Shown: positions 23,078 to 34,140, counted from the first letter of the stretch. The stretch: 37,711 bases of DNA from Octopus bimaculoides (GCF_001194135.2 NC_068983.1:4593502-4631212); one strand, 5' to 3'. A program made the numbers and translations. The notes: generated by a model from the sequence alone, not told the origin.

Positions 23078-24014
23078 CTGAATTATAAAGACATGGAGTG
23101 AAATACTAAAAATTGTAGAATTTACTCGGTTCTTAATTCTCTACCTTAACCTTATCATGCCATGTTTCTGATGTCGTGAGAATAGCCTCAAGCTTTGCAG
23201 TCAGCTGTGTTTATGACTCCTTGTTAATGCTGTCTCCCCATAGCTGTTGTTTACTTTTGTTTTTAATCAATTTTTTTTTTGTTGTTTTTTGCAATGAAGT
23301 GAGCATGTAACAAACCCAGCACTTTGTCTGGTAAACAAGTCAGGCCTCAACTCTTCGCAGTTGAGGAAATTAGTGATGATATTTATTCTTCGGATGAAGA
23401 GTTTACCCTTATGCAGACAAACTGATGAAAGAGATGAGGAAAGTAGCAAATAGGGTGAACAAATACAGCAGTTGAGAGAGAGAGACCCATTATTGTCATT
23501 CTCTTGAATTTTTTTTTTTTTTTTTGTGTGATTCTCTCCATTAGTTTGCCTTGAGTTGCATATGCGCCTATTTACTTTTTTGTTGCTCAGGAGCCCAAGT
23601 AGAGGGTAAAGTCAGACACAGAGGCCCCGGTGTGATTGGTTTAAAACATTTCTAAACTCAATTTGTTGTAATCTAGTTACTTAGACTTCAAGGATAAGGC
23701 TTTGTCATTCACTCTGTCTGTAATACTAGTAACTGGGAGATATATCTTTATTTTGTGTGTGTGTGTGTGTGATGGGAGTCACAGGAGGCATGGCCATGGG
23801 TTTAGAAGTTTGCTCTACAAACCTTATGGTTCTAGGTTTACTGTGTGACACTTTGCACAAAGCCTGGAGTTGACCTGATTGAAATTTTGTAGTGTGTGTA
23901 TGTATGGTGATTATTGATAAGAAATTGCAAATAAATCACTGTAAGAAGAAGAAAAAGAAGCAATCTATCCAAGCTTGTCAAACACTTTTTTGTTATCATA
24001 AATGTAGTGAGTCA

Positions 24015-24478
24015 TAGGCCTGGTTGGCTGTGTGGTAAAAAAGCTTGTTTCCCATTCATGTGGTCTGAAGTTCAGTCCAAATCCATAGCACCTTGGGCAT
24101 ATGTCTTCTACTATAGCTCCAGGCCAACTGAAGATGTGAGTGAATTTGGTAGATGGAAACTGTAAAAAAGCCTGTGTGAGTGTGTTTGGAAGTACCCTTG
24201 TCTTGGTATCATCTGAATCAGAAAATGGAATCGGAAACATTAGCTGTTTAAGAGTGATAGTAAACAAGCATCACTCTCATAAAGCCAGTGATTCCAATTC
24301 CAGTCAGCCATTAAAAGCATGTCAGGCCATGGGGAGATATTGCCTTTTTTGGAAACAGGTTTGGGTTGGTGACAAGAAGAGCATCAGGCTGTAGAAGAAA
24401 AAAAAAATCTGCCTTGAAGAATTTCCTCTGCCCCATGCAAGCATTAAAGAGTGGATATTAAACAATGATGATGAACCA
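24015..24478 (+). mobile_element. Composite SINE: family A tRNA head, central segment, RTE-type tail ending in (GAT)n
   Basis: ggctgtgtggtaaaaaagcttg... then ggttggtgacaagaagagcatcaggctgtag...cccatgcaagcatt...ttaaacaatgatgatga. Confidence 0.75.
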
Positions 24479-24555
24479 GTTATTGGCTGTAGTGAAACAA
24501 AGATATAATGAGAAAGTATTTTTATCTAATCTGATAAATCTTGGGTGTTTCTCAG

Positions 24556-24605
24556 AATGTTTGGTCTGTCGGTGTATTATGTTCCAATGCTAGGAACCAC
24601 ATGTC
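24556..24605 (+). other. Candidate 50-nt exon
   Basis: gtgtttctcag| ... |GTAAGC; two frames open (NVWSVGVLCSNARNHM or MFGLSVYYVPMLGTTC); CpGs retained. Confidence 0.25.
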
Positions 24606-25014
24606 GTAAGCAGAGGTGTTATTTCTGAGAGATTTTAATATTGGCTACTAGTTTCTTCATAGGTGGAACCACATGAATGCTAGAGAAAGTAAATTCATTA
24701 GTCTACTGATTTCAATAAAGCTAATTGAATTATTATTCACCTCTCCCACTTAATAGTAGTTTAGCCAAGTTAGTGTCATTAGATTTAATGTAGTCATGGG
24801 GTAGGGAGGGGAATTTTAATTAGTAATGCTTATAACAATGAGAAGAAAACATTAGTGCTGTGATTAATATTAATTCAACCTAATTTAATCTTGGTAAGTA
24901 CAGCCAGTTACACAAGACATGTTGGGTCTTATGAGATCATCTCCTCAAAGCAGCCTTCTTTATACTTGTCAGATTGGTGATAGAACATTCCCTGTATTGA
25001 TGTATAATATGGTA

Positions 25015-25230
25015 TAGAGGGAGGGTGTTGCATTCATGTTTGCAACACCATTCCAGACTAGGTGGTGTGTTGTGTTCTTGAGCAAAACACTTAATTTCAT
25101 TTTAAGTCCACTCGGTTGTAAATCAGTAACCCTGTGACAGACTGGCATCTCATTCAGAGGACATGTTGCGATCTTGTTTACTTGTACACTATAGAGACTG
25201 GGTTATGCCATTCCTTTGTGTCCTAGTACT
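25015..25230 (+). mobile_element. Old SINE with V/Deu/Meta-like central domain
   Basis: gtgttgtgttcttgagcaaaacactt...ccctgtgacagactggcatctc resembles conserved metazoan SINE domains (from memory). Confidence 0.4.
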
Positions 25231-25879
25231 CAAGACTGTAATGTCCAGGGGGCTCATGTTGACTTGAGTGTCAACACTTTGTATAAGAACTGAGTGAAAA
25301 TACTCAGGTCTCCTGTTATAGTTGCATGTAAGTTAACTTGGAAAGGTACTGGGTTCAAATGTCTGTAATCAGCAATGGAACCGATATTCTGAGAGTCAGT
25401 AAATTATTTATTAATGATTATATTTAGTAATTGTATAGTCCTTCTCCTTGTTGTTTATAGCTCAAGGTCAGCCATGTTTGAGAAGACTAATCAACGTTTC
25501 TGTTGTTACTAACCCATCTTTTATGCAGACGGATTATTTGAGAACACATTATCCAAGGTGTTCCCTCCTTGTTTTTAAGATGTTAACATGTAATTTGAGT
25601 GTTCTTTGCCCTCAAATCATTATAGATTCTATCTTCCTCATAGTTACTGATTTCAAATTTTGGCACAATGCCAGCAATTTTTGGGAGAGGATAAGTCAAT
25701 TACATCAACCCCAGTACACAACTGGTACTTGTTTTATCAACCCCAAAAAGATGAAAGGCAAAGTCAACCTTGGAATTTGAACTCGGTGAGAATTCCTCCT
25801 AGTTATTGAATTTGTCGGACACTTCCGTTCACTAATCCTTACCAATAGAAGACTATCACTAATTTTCCTTGGTTTCCAG

Positions 25880-26100
25880 ATTTTATCACTTCGCGTCCAC
25901 TTTCCATGCTGGCATGGGTTGGATGGATTGACAAGATCTGGAGAGCTACAGAGCTGTGTGGAGCTCTACTGTCCACTTTCAGCTTGGTTTCTACAGCTAG
26001 ATTCCCTTCCAAAGCCAAACCTTTTACAGAGTGTACTGGATGCTTTGTTTTTTGGTACCACCACCACTAGTGATGTTACTAAGTAGCATGTAAGACAAAA
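25880..26100 (-). mobile_element. RTE-tail repeat (family B), diverged
   Basis: ccactttccatgctggcatgggttgg...tttctacagctagattcccttcc. Confidence 0.75.
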
Positions 26101-26264
26101 GAACAAGAAGTGTTGTGGTAGGGGAGGGGAGACCTCGACTAAATGGGGGTGAGGGGTAATATTTGAGAGGGAGAATTTCTTGTAATTTTCAGAATTATGA
26201 AAACACAGACATCAATTATAACTTGCTTTGAAATAATTCATTAATTCAGTAAACACTAAAAGTG

Positions 26265-26629
26265 TTGGAGTAAAGATTATTTGCCAACATAACATAGCAG
26301 TCCTGGTTTAGGACGAATATTGCTGTAATTTAGTCCCAGGAGACATCGTCTCCAGCTGACTATATGACATGATCTGTGTCATATTTTCGAACAAGGGAAT
26401 CTAGCACCCCAACTCAGCTCAAAACACTATCTGTGTATTGCAATTTCTGGGATATTTCCCTTCATCAGCACAGAATAATTGTTCAGCTAGAGGTGGCGCT
26501 GCCAAGTTCCCGTTAGAAATATGTAGTTTCCAAAGTGACAACTAGTCGCTGATCTATAAATTAGAAAATTACTATTTGTAAATCTCACCAGGACTGCCAT
26601 GTTATGTTGGCAAACAATCTTTACTCCAA
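26265..26629. mobile_element. MITE with 43-bp TIRs
   Basis: ttggagtaaagattatttgccaacataacatagcagtcctggt (26265-26307) vs accaggactgccatgttatgttggcaaacaatctttactccaa (26587-26629), 2 mismatches; TSD not clear. Confidence 0.8.
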
Positions 26630-26749
26630 AGTACTGTTGCTAAATATCTCTCGCTGTGAGATTTAAAAATAGTAATTTACTAAAAGTGTTGTTAAATTTA
26701 AATTTATTCAAAGTGTATTACAGGTCAATTTGGAGATCCATTACTTGTA

Positions 26750-26971
26750 TTAACCCTTCAGCATTCAGATTACCCTGTCAAATCTAATGGTAATTTATTC
26801 ACATTGTTTTGAATTAATCTTTTATTATCTTGTAGCTTCAGGATTTCAATGAGGAGATTGTTTATTCTTAGAATGACATTGTAGGGTAGGTGTGAGAGGC
26901 TGGATGTGGCTGGTTTGAACATAAAACGGAAAGTTTGGGCTGGATATGCTAAAGGATCACTAAAGAGTTAA
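26750..26971. mobile_element. piggyBac-like MITE, copy 2
   Basis: ttaacccttcagcattcagatt...ctaaagagttaa. Confidence 0.75.
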
Positions 26972-27194
26972 TCTTAACCAAACTCAATTGTTTTGGTTTT
27001 AACATTGGAGCTTAGAGTTTGTGGTCTTTCTTTTTCCCCTTCTTCATTTTCTTCAGAAGTGGAAGTATTGTTTTGGAAATGTCTTTTTCAACAATTAATT
27101 TAAATAAGTAATTTGTTGTTTCAACAAGGGAGTCCCCTCCCCATTCTGCTACCATCTTAGTTAATTTGTTAATGTATCTTTTAGTTTCTGAATG

Positions 27195-27520
27195 CCTACA
27201 TCTTGTTTCAGTTGTTAGATTATAGCCATGCTGAAGCACTGCGTTGAAGAATTTTAGTCAAACCCAAGCCAGGACTTATTTTTTAAATTTGGTATTTTAT
27301 CAGTCTCATGTTGAACTGCTAGGTTATGAGGATACAAACAAACAAACACCATTTGTCAAGCGATGGTGGCGATAAACACACGACTGGCTTCCAATTTTTG
27401 TCTACTAAATTCATTCCTGGGGTATTTGTTGGCCTGGGGCCATATTGGGATGTCACGCAGTGAGACTGAACTTGAACTCATGTACTTGTGAAGTGAACTC
27501 CTTAACCACACACACACAGA
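27195..27520 (-). mobile_element. SINE family A, diverged
   Basis: cttgtttcagtt...ccatgctgaagcac...gagactgaac...aaccacacac. Confidence 0.8.
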
Positions 27521-27619
27521 TGCATGTCGGCATCTCTCTGTGTATTCATTATTCTGCTGAGTTATTTATTTATTGATATTTACTGATTCTGCAAGATCTG
27601 ATAAAAAAAAAAGTATTTG

Positions 27620-27760
27620 GATTGTTGCTATGGTAACGGAGCTAAAGTACGCAGAGTGAAACCACCTAGCACAGATTGTCCTTGAACTCCGTCACACATG
27701 CGCACCAAGTTATAACCTTCCCGCCCACTTCCATTGTTTATAGATATGCAGTAAGGTATG
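27620..27760. promoter_or_regulatory. Promoter-like island with RFX X-box and adjacent splice donor
   Basis: GTTGCTATGGTAAC 27624-27637 (near-palindromic X-box), CATGCGCA 27697-27704, CTTCCCGCCC 27717-27726, CACTTCC 27726-27732, donor AAG|GTATGT at 27756; local CpG retention. Confidence 0.55.
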
Positions 27761-27799
27761 TAGGGTGTGGTTGTCTCACCACATCACAGAGGTTCTGTC

Positions 27800-28104
27800 A
27801 GTGACCATGCCAGAGAAATTACATCAGATTTTGCCAAAAGCTTGGTGTTGCCTTTGGAATTTTCTCTTTTCAAGTCCTACTTGAAAGGAATAAAGTTTCA
27901 AGATGCCAAGGAAACCCAAGAGAATGAGATGAGGCAGCTGCTCCCTATTCAAAAAAGTTACAGAAATGCTTCCATAAATGGGAATGATGCTGGATAGAGT
28001 GTGTGGCTTCAAAAGGGAGTCACTTCAAAACTGATTCAATGCCAAATTGATGCCGTAGTCTTCTTTTTATAGCACCAGTCACGATACTTTTTGGTCAGAC
28101 CTTG
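27800..28104 (+). pseudogene. Mariner transposase 3' remnant with right TIR
   Basis: FKSYLKGIKFQDAKETQENEMRQLLPIQK then, frameshifted, LQKCFHKWE*CWIECVASKGSHF, matching the mariner C-terminus; ends cagtcacgatactttttggtcagaccttg|TA. Confidence 0.85.
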
Positions 28105-28398
28105 TATTACCATTTAGCAATCCTAATTGTCGAGATGGTATTGTTTTAGCTGATGTTATGGTTAACATCAAAATAAAACCAATTATAGGTTTGACTACAT
28201 TTTTGCATCAGATTCTGTTTTGATGATGTGAAGATTGATTAAAAAATTTTTTTTTTTATACTATATACTGCGTGTATATTGATTACTGTAGATCTGTTTT
28301 CTAACATCTACCATTTCTTGATTCTGGCAGAGAAGACTTCACCAGACTAAACATTTGCATGTTCTGGGAGCAAGTATTTAAAATTTTGTCACATTATT

Positions 28399-28588
28399 TT
28401 AACCCTTAACATGTTTTATGCCCAGACTGGCCCAATTCAGCCGTCACACCTCCTATATACTGTCATACTGAAAATGTACGTTCACATCATTGAAATCTTG
28501 ATGCTATAAGATAATGCATGTCTAAATCCAACTAGTTTCAATAAGCAAGCATTGTTTGACAAGAATAATCTGAGTGCTAAAGGGTTAA
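28399..28588. mobile_element. piggyBac-like MITE, copy 3
   Basis: ttaacccttaac...aatctgagtgctaaagggttaa. Confidence 0.75.
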
Positions 28589-28693
28589 ACAGCTCAACAG
28601 TAAAGAGGGGAAATAGATGCAATGTATCTTAGCAATGTCATTAATTTGAGATGGTTTTTATTAAAAATTATTTTCAAGAAATTCCATTTAGAC

Positions 28694-29230
28694 CAGGGTT
28701 GGCCAACTTGAGGCCTGCAGACTTTTATTTTGTGGCCCACTTGATACTTTCTTGAAATGGGTTTATCTAAACAAACATTTAAAAAATTTTATCAAAAATT
28801 AAAGATTGTAATGAAAAATAAAAAAAGAAAGATACTACTGTTTTTGCAACAATAATATTTCATGTTGAATCAACGATCATTCATTTATTATTGTAATAAT
28901 AACATGAGAAAGCAAAATGCTTTCAATTCTGTCAGTAAACAAGTGGCCCTCAAAAAAGCTTTCTGTGATTAAGATGGTCTGCAATGTCAAGTTGACCAGG
29001 TCTGGTTTACACTGAAGCAAAATAGTTTCATGTGTATGAAACTTGTGTAAAGAGTTGAAATTTGGCCAACGGTCATTCCAACAGCAAAATGCAGCATTAG
29101 ATGTCAGATGGTCCAAACAGATTTATCATTAAACAGTTTCAATAGTGATGACTCTCTTTTCTCCTTCAATATTCTGTGTCCAAGGACAGAATTTATTCTA
29201 AGATGGACTGCATTTGGGGTTTGTTTGTTT
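28694..29230 (-). mobile_element. Probable hAT (Charlie/SPIN-like) terminus with decayed transposase C-terminal remnant
   Basis: Terminus cagggttggccaac...ggcc...ggccc; minus-strand fragments ...VSYT / ETI / TRPGQLDIADHL loosely resemble hAT dimerisation-domain FGSTYxCE...RSxLTDxHL. Heavily degraded. Confidence 0.4.
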
Positions 29231-29239
29231 TTTTTTTAA

Positions 29240-29418
29240 TTTCGTTTCAGTCATTAGACTGCTGCCATGTTGGGGCATCACCTTGAAGAATTCCAGTCAA
29301 GCAAATTGACCCCCCAGTACTTATTTTTTAAGCCTGGTTCTTATTCTATCAGTCTCTTTTGCCAAACAGCTAAGTTACGGGGACATAAACTTACCAGTTG
29401 TCAAGTAGTGGTGGTGGT

Positions 29419-29451
<33 letters not shown>

Positions 29452-29600
29452 TATATGCTTCTTTCAGTTTCCATTTACCAAATCCACTCCGAAGGTTTTG
29501 GTTGGCCTGAGGCTATAGTAGGAGACACTTGTCCAAGGTGCCATGCAATGGGTCTGAACCCAGAGCCATGTGTTTGGGAAGCAAACTTCTTACCTCAATT
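29240..29600 (-). mobile_element. SINE family A, CpG-decayed
   Basis: tttcagtcattagactgctgccatgttggggcatcacc ... ttctttcagtttccatttaccaaatccac. Confidence 0.88.
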
Positions 29601-29801
29601 ATGCCTGCATGCATCCATACATATTTTGCAACAAGTGTACAAAATGCTGCTTCAAATCTACAACTGACCCAACATTTGTACCTTTATATTTGCATGCCTG
29701 ATTTGATAAAATTGTTTTCAGTTTTATGACCAGATTCCTTTTTAAGACATCTTATGATACCAAAGAGACATGAAACTATCTAATTTTTGAACACTGATTA
29801 T

Positions 29802-30021
29802 TTAACCCTTTTAGCATTCAGATTACTGGCAAATGTAATGCTTATTTACTCACATTGTTCTGAATTAATCCTGTGTTATCTTGTGGCCTTGAGATTTCAA
29901 TGAAATGATTGTTTATTTTTAGGATGACATTATAGGATAGGTGTGAAAGGTCAGATCTGGCCTATTTGAGCATAAAACAATATTTGGGTCTGATACAACT
30001 GGCTTAAATTCTAAAAGGTTA
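29802..30021. mobile_element. piggyBac-like MITE, copy 4
   Basis: ttaacccttttagcattcagatt...ctaaaaggtta. Confidence 0.75.
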
Positions 30022-30732
30022 CCTCATTTTAGTACCAACCAACCTGACACTCTGGTTTTATGATCCAAAACTGTCCTTTTTTTTTAAGGGTTCATATTTA
30101 AATTAAAATGTGCCATCATAGATTTTATTCTAAATAATTTAAAGGAACAGTTAATTTTACTGAATCCATATAGATATTTAAGATTAAAACCGCAGGCACT
30201 ATTTTTCATTAGAAATATCACCGAATAATTAGATTATTGATAAAATAATGTATGTGAAATATGCGATGAACAGTTTACAAAAACTTATAAGTATCATATG
30301 TGGTAAATCTAGTTTTGATAAGATCAAGCCATTCACTTAAAAAAAATTGTCAGCTGTATTCAGTATTGATTGTACCTCCACTAAAGTTGGTGCAACATTT
30401 TAAAAATCAATGTTTGCTTTTTGTCATGAAGAAAAAAAAAAAGTATTCATTTTAGATATTCCTTATCTTGCACAATAAAAATATTGGTGGAGGATTTTAC
30501 AGCAACATATAGTAACTATTTTCACCTGAATGCTTGTCCTAGCTTTTCAAGGTTAAATTGACCTAACACATGTTTTGTTCCGTGCACCTTTTTAGAAGCA
30601 TCTTCGTTCAATTCTTGATGTGATTCTACCGGGTATATTTACCTTTAGCCTGCTCTTTTCACCTCCCCAATATGATTGTTTTAAGATACCTTTAATGTCT
30701 ACAAAACATATTAGTTTTCGTGGACTTATATA

Positions 30733-31080
30733 TATCATCGTCATTGTTGTTTAATGTCTGTTATCCATGCTGGCATGGGTTGCACACTTTGACTGAGGAA
30801 TGGTAAGACGGAAGTCTGCACCAGGCTCCAATCTGATTTGTCACGGTTTCTACAGCTGGATGCCCTTCCTAACACCAACCACTCTGAGAGTGTAGTGGGT
30901 GCTTTTTACGTACCACCGGCACGAAGGCCAAACAGGCGGTTCTGGCAACTATCACGCTTGAATGGTGCTTTTCACGTGTCACCAGCACGGGAGCCAATCT
31001 GTGGCCCTGGCGACAATCACGCTTGGATATGCTTCTTTTAACGTTCCACTGGCATGAGTGTCAATCAGGTGGTACTGTCA
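30733..31080 (-). mobile_element. RTE-tail repeat (family B)
   Basis: catcatcgtcatt...ccatgctggcatgggttg...gctggatgcccttcctaacaccaaccactctgagagtgtagtggg. Confidence 0.85.
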
Positions 31081-31733
31081 TATATATATATATATATATG
31101 AGAGAGCAGTAAAAAAGTATAATTTTTAAAAATTTTATCTAATTTTATTATAATTGTACCATCATTTTTCTGTTTCCTTAAAAAGAAGAGAAAAAAAAGG
31201 AGGGCTACTGAAGTGAAGAAAATGATTAATTCATTGCCTAAGCTGTTCAGAATTTCACAAAAGATTAAAAATATACTGTTGATTTAACTTTTAACATTGT
31301 TTATATATTTTTTAGGTCCATCTGAATATAGTTTAATCCATTTAAGTACACTGCTCTAACATGTTTTGAATACATAATATTGATTAGCTATATCGACTGC
31401 TAAAAGTTTCAGTGTAAAATGATATTAGACATAAATATAAATTTGAGGCAACAGGCTTTCTCAGATTGTTGTTTATAATGTGTGTTATACCATTAACCCT
31501 TAATTACAGTTCACAAAATTGTAAGAGACAATAAGGTGAGGAGAGCAGAACTTACTAATTTATCACACAATCACTAGTGAATTGGGAAATTTCATCTTTT
31601 TAATATTTACAAATTTAAAAATATAATTTTTTATCTGCTTCAGAAATGGATAAACATTGTAGAAAGGTAACTTAATATATAATGTTCAACAGGTAAATCT
31701 ATCTGTTTAAGATGTGAGTGATATTTTAATGCA

Positions 31734-31905
31734 GTTCTATATTTAAGAGATGAGGAATTATGTACAGTATTTACATTATTTACATTTGATGGATATTTGT
31801 CCTCATCTTGTTTGTCGTTAACACAACGTTTTGGCTGATATACCCTCCAGCCTTCATCAGGTGTCTTGGGGAAATTTCGAACCTGGGTTCTCATTCCTAA
31901 GGTAT
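31734..31905 (-). mobile_element. Penelope-like pLTR fragment flanked by 28-bp direct repeats
   Basis: tttaagatgtgagtgatattttaatgca (31706-31733) and tttaagatgagaatgatattttaatgca (31906-31933) flank the insert, which contains the hammerhead motif. Confidence 0.6.
31820..31865 (-). ncRNA. Minimal type I hammerhead ribozyme, G12-to-A mutated (likely inactive)
   Basis: Minus strand: GACAC CTGATGA A GGCTG-gagggtatat-CAGCC AAAAC GTT GTGTT = stem I, core, stem II, (G)AAAC, ACGT palindromic stem III, stem I'. Confidence 0.7.
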
Positions 31906-32569
31906 TTTAAGATGAGAATGATATTTTAATGCATTATGATACCTGTAAGTAAAGCACAATAACAACAGAAGCCACTTCTACTTTACAGTTTAGAGGTTAG
32001 CAGTACAAAAGGGAACCCCAATACATGCACAATTGTTCTAAGAATATCCAAAATATACAATAATTGTTTGTAGTTCCATATTGTCCTGAGTGTCGAAGCT
32101 CTAGCTTGGAAGTTCAGGAGTTTGGGAGAGAATGGCATTACCTGTTAGTCCCCTCTACTTCCTGCTCTGCACTGGTCTGGGGTAGTAGCACTTATCAAGG
32201 ACCCTGCTTACAGATCAGATTTCAGGAAATGATCCGTGGCTGGTCCTTAGATGTCACATAGATCTACTAGTGTGTGGACATGCTCCAATTTCAGGTGAAC
32301 AAGTCCCTCTTGTGTAAGGGTTAAAATAGGCCTTTTCCTTGAGAGGTTAGCACATGAGCAGAGTAAACTGTAAATAAATGGCTGTTTGCACTATTACATA
32401 CTACTCAGCTTTCAAGTAGGAGTGGAATTCATTTGCTTTTGTCAGTCAGGTGAACTGGGGCGTGCATTTATGTTTTGCCTGGTGAGATTGAATTTTACAA
32501 CTGTGTTGGTCTCTAGTCCACCTTTTCTTTTATATTCTGCTTTTCTTTCCCCATAAAACGGGAACCTAG

Positions 32570-32940
32570 GCAATGGTCGTGTGGTGTGAAGTTTGGTTCT
32601 AGGTTCGTAGTTCTAGGTTCAGTCCCACTGCATAGCATTTTGAATAAAGTGTCTTCTCCTATAGCCTTGGGTCAAGCCAAGCCTTGTGTGTGGATTTGGT
32701 AGATGGAAACTGAAAGAAGCCCATGTGTGTGGGTGGGTGTGTTTGTTCCTCACCACTGCTTGACAACTGGTGTTGGTGTGTTTATATCCCTTATAACTTA
32801 GTGGTTTGGCAAAAAAGATCAATAGGATAAGTACCTGGCTTATGAAATAACTACTAGGTTCAATTCATTTGACTTAAAGTTCTTCAAGGCAGTGCCCCAG
32901 CATGGCCACAGTCTAATGACTGAAACAAAAGATTAAAGAT
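32570..32940 (+). mobile_element. SINE family A, near full length, CpG-decayed
   Basis: ggttcagtcccactgc...agatggaaactgaaagaagccc...cccagcatggccacagtctaatgactgaaac. Confidence 0.88.
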
Positions 32941-33160
32941 TGTGAGTTTGCTTCACAACCCCATGGTTTTAGGTTCAATCCCACTGCATGGCACCTTTGG
33001 CAAGTATCTTCTACTATAACCTCAGGCTGACCAAATCATTGAATAGATTTAGTAAAGAGAAACAGAAAGAAGCTTGTATGTGCACGCATGTGCATGTATT
33101 TGCGTTACCTTGTTTTGACATTGTGTGATAGTTGCAAATGAGTGTCAGTACCATATAAAC
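32941..33160 (+). mobile_element. SINE family A head with alternative central segment
   Basis: ggttcaatcccactgcatggcacctttggcaagtatcttctactataacc...ccttgttttgacatt. Confidence 0.75.
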
Positions 33161-33362
33161 CAGCGGTTCACTGCCAGAGACCCCTTTTATTTAAATGAGT
33201 TTTTCCATGAACCCCAGGATATTGAAAGGTCTGTCANNNNNNNNNNNNNNNNNNNNNNNNNNNNNNNNNNNNNNNNNNNNNNNNNNNNNNNNNNNNNNNN
33301 NNNNNNNNNNNNNNNNNNNNNNNNAGTACTACCTTTGTGGGCCACAGGTTTGGGAGCCACTG
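33161..33362. mobile_element. hAT (Charlie-like) MITE spanning a gap
   Basis: CAGCGGTTC ... GGGAGCCACTG termini; 8-bp TSD atataaac (33153-33160)/atataagc (33363-33370). Confidence 0.65.
33237..33324. other. Assembly gap
   Basis: N run. Confidence 0.99.
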
Positions 33363-33959
33363 ATATAAGCAGTTCCTAAATGTAAGAAATATCTTACTTG
33401 GAAACCAAATTTTAAGTAAAGTGATTGATTAAAAATTTTAAATCTCAACAGTTTAAACTTGTGAGTAAAATAAATATTTGAAATGGCTTAAAACGAATTC
33501 TGTTACATATTTTTTCCTTTGGCATTCTTACAAAAGTTGTTTTTAATGGTTGAAACTGCCAGCATATCTGCTAAAAATGAACAAATTTAAAGGAAGAAGT
33601 ATTAACCGTTTGAGATGCCTCTCTACCTGTTGCATGGATTATCTACGAAGCACTGAAACCCCTTAAATAATCCCTTTATTGTTAGTTTTGGAGTGAATTG
33701 CTTTGAGCCATAAGGTCTGAAGTGCCCTATTCATTACTTGATCTTCTAATCCCACTTATAATGGGTAACAGCAAACTGGTATTAGGAAAAACCTGAACAA
33801 TGTTTATGAAGTGCAGTACTATCATTGTTGCCATGATTGACTTAGCCTTACACCATACTAAGATCAATAAAATGCCAGAGGCTAATCTTAGATTTCTGAA
33901 ACATTTCTGTTAAGTGTAAAATTCTTTGAATTAAATTTCAATTTTGAAAGACATATAGC

Positions 33960-34140
33960 TACAGGCATAGCTGTGTGGTTCAGAAATATGCTACGAGAGC
34001 AAAGGGTTTCAGGTTCAGTCTCACTGTGTGGCACCTTGGGCAAGTACCTCTTCCTATAGCCATGGGCGAACAAAATCCTTGTGAATGGATTTGGTAGAGA
34101 GAAACTGAAAGAAACTGGTGTGTGTGTGTCTGTCTTTCTC
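33960..34140 (+). mobile_element. SINE family A head
   Basis: gctgtgtggttcagaaat...ggttcagtctcactgtgtggcaccttgggcaagt. Confidence 0.85.

Noticed and set aside
23310-23420. Acidic stretch AVEEISDDIYSSDEEF resembling a gag linker
   Set aside because: No zinc knuckle, LTR or pol sequence nearby.
27012-27239. 75-aa minus ORF
   Set aside because: N-terminus is SINE tail; the rest has no recognisable homology or splice signals.
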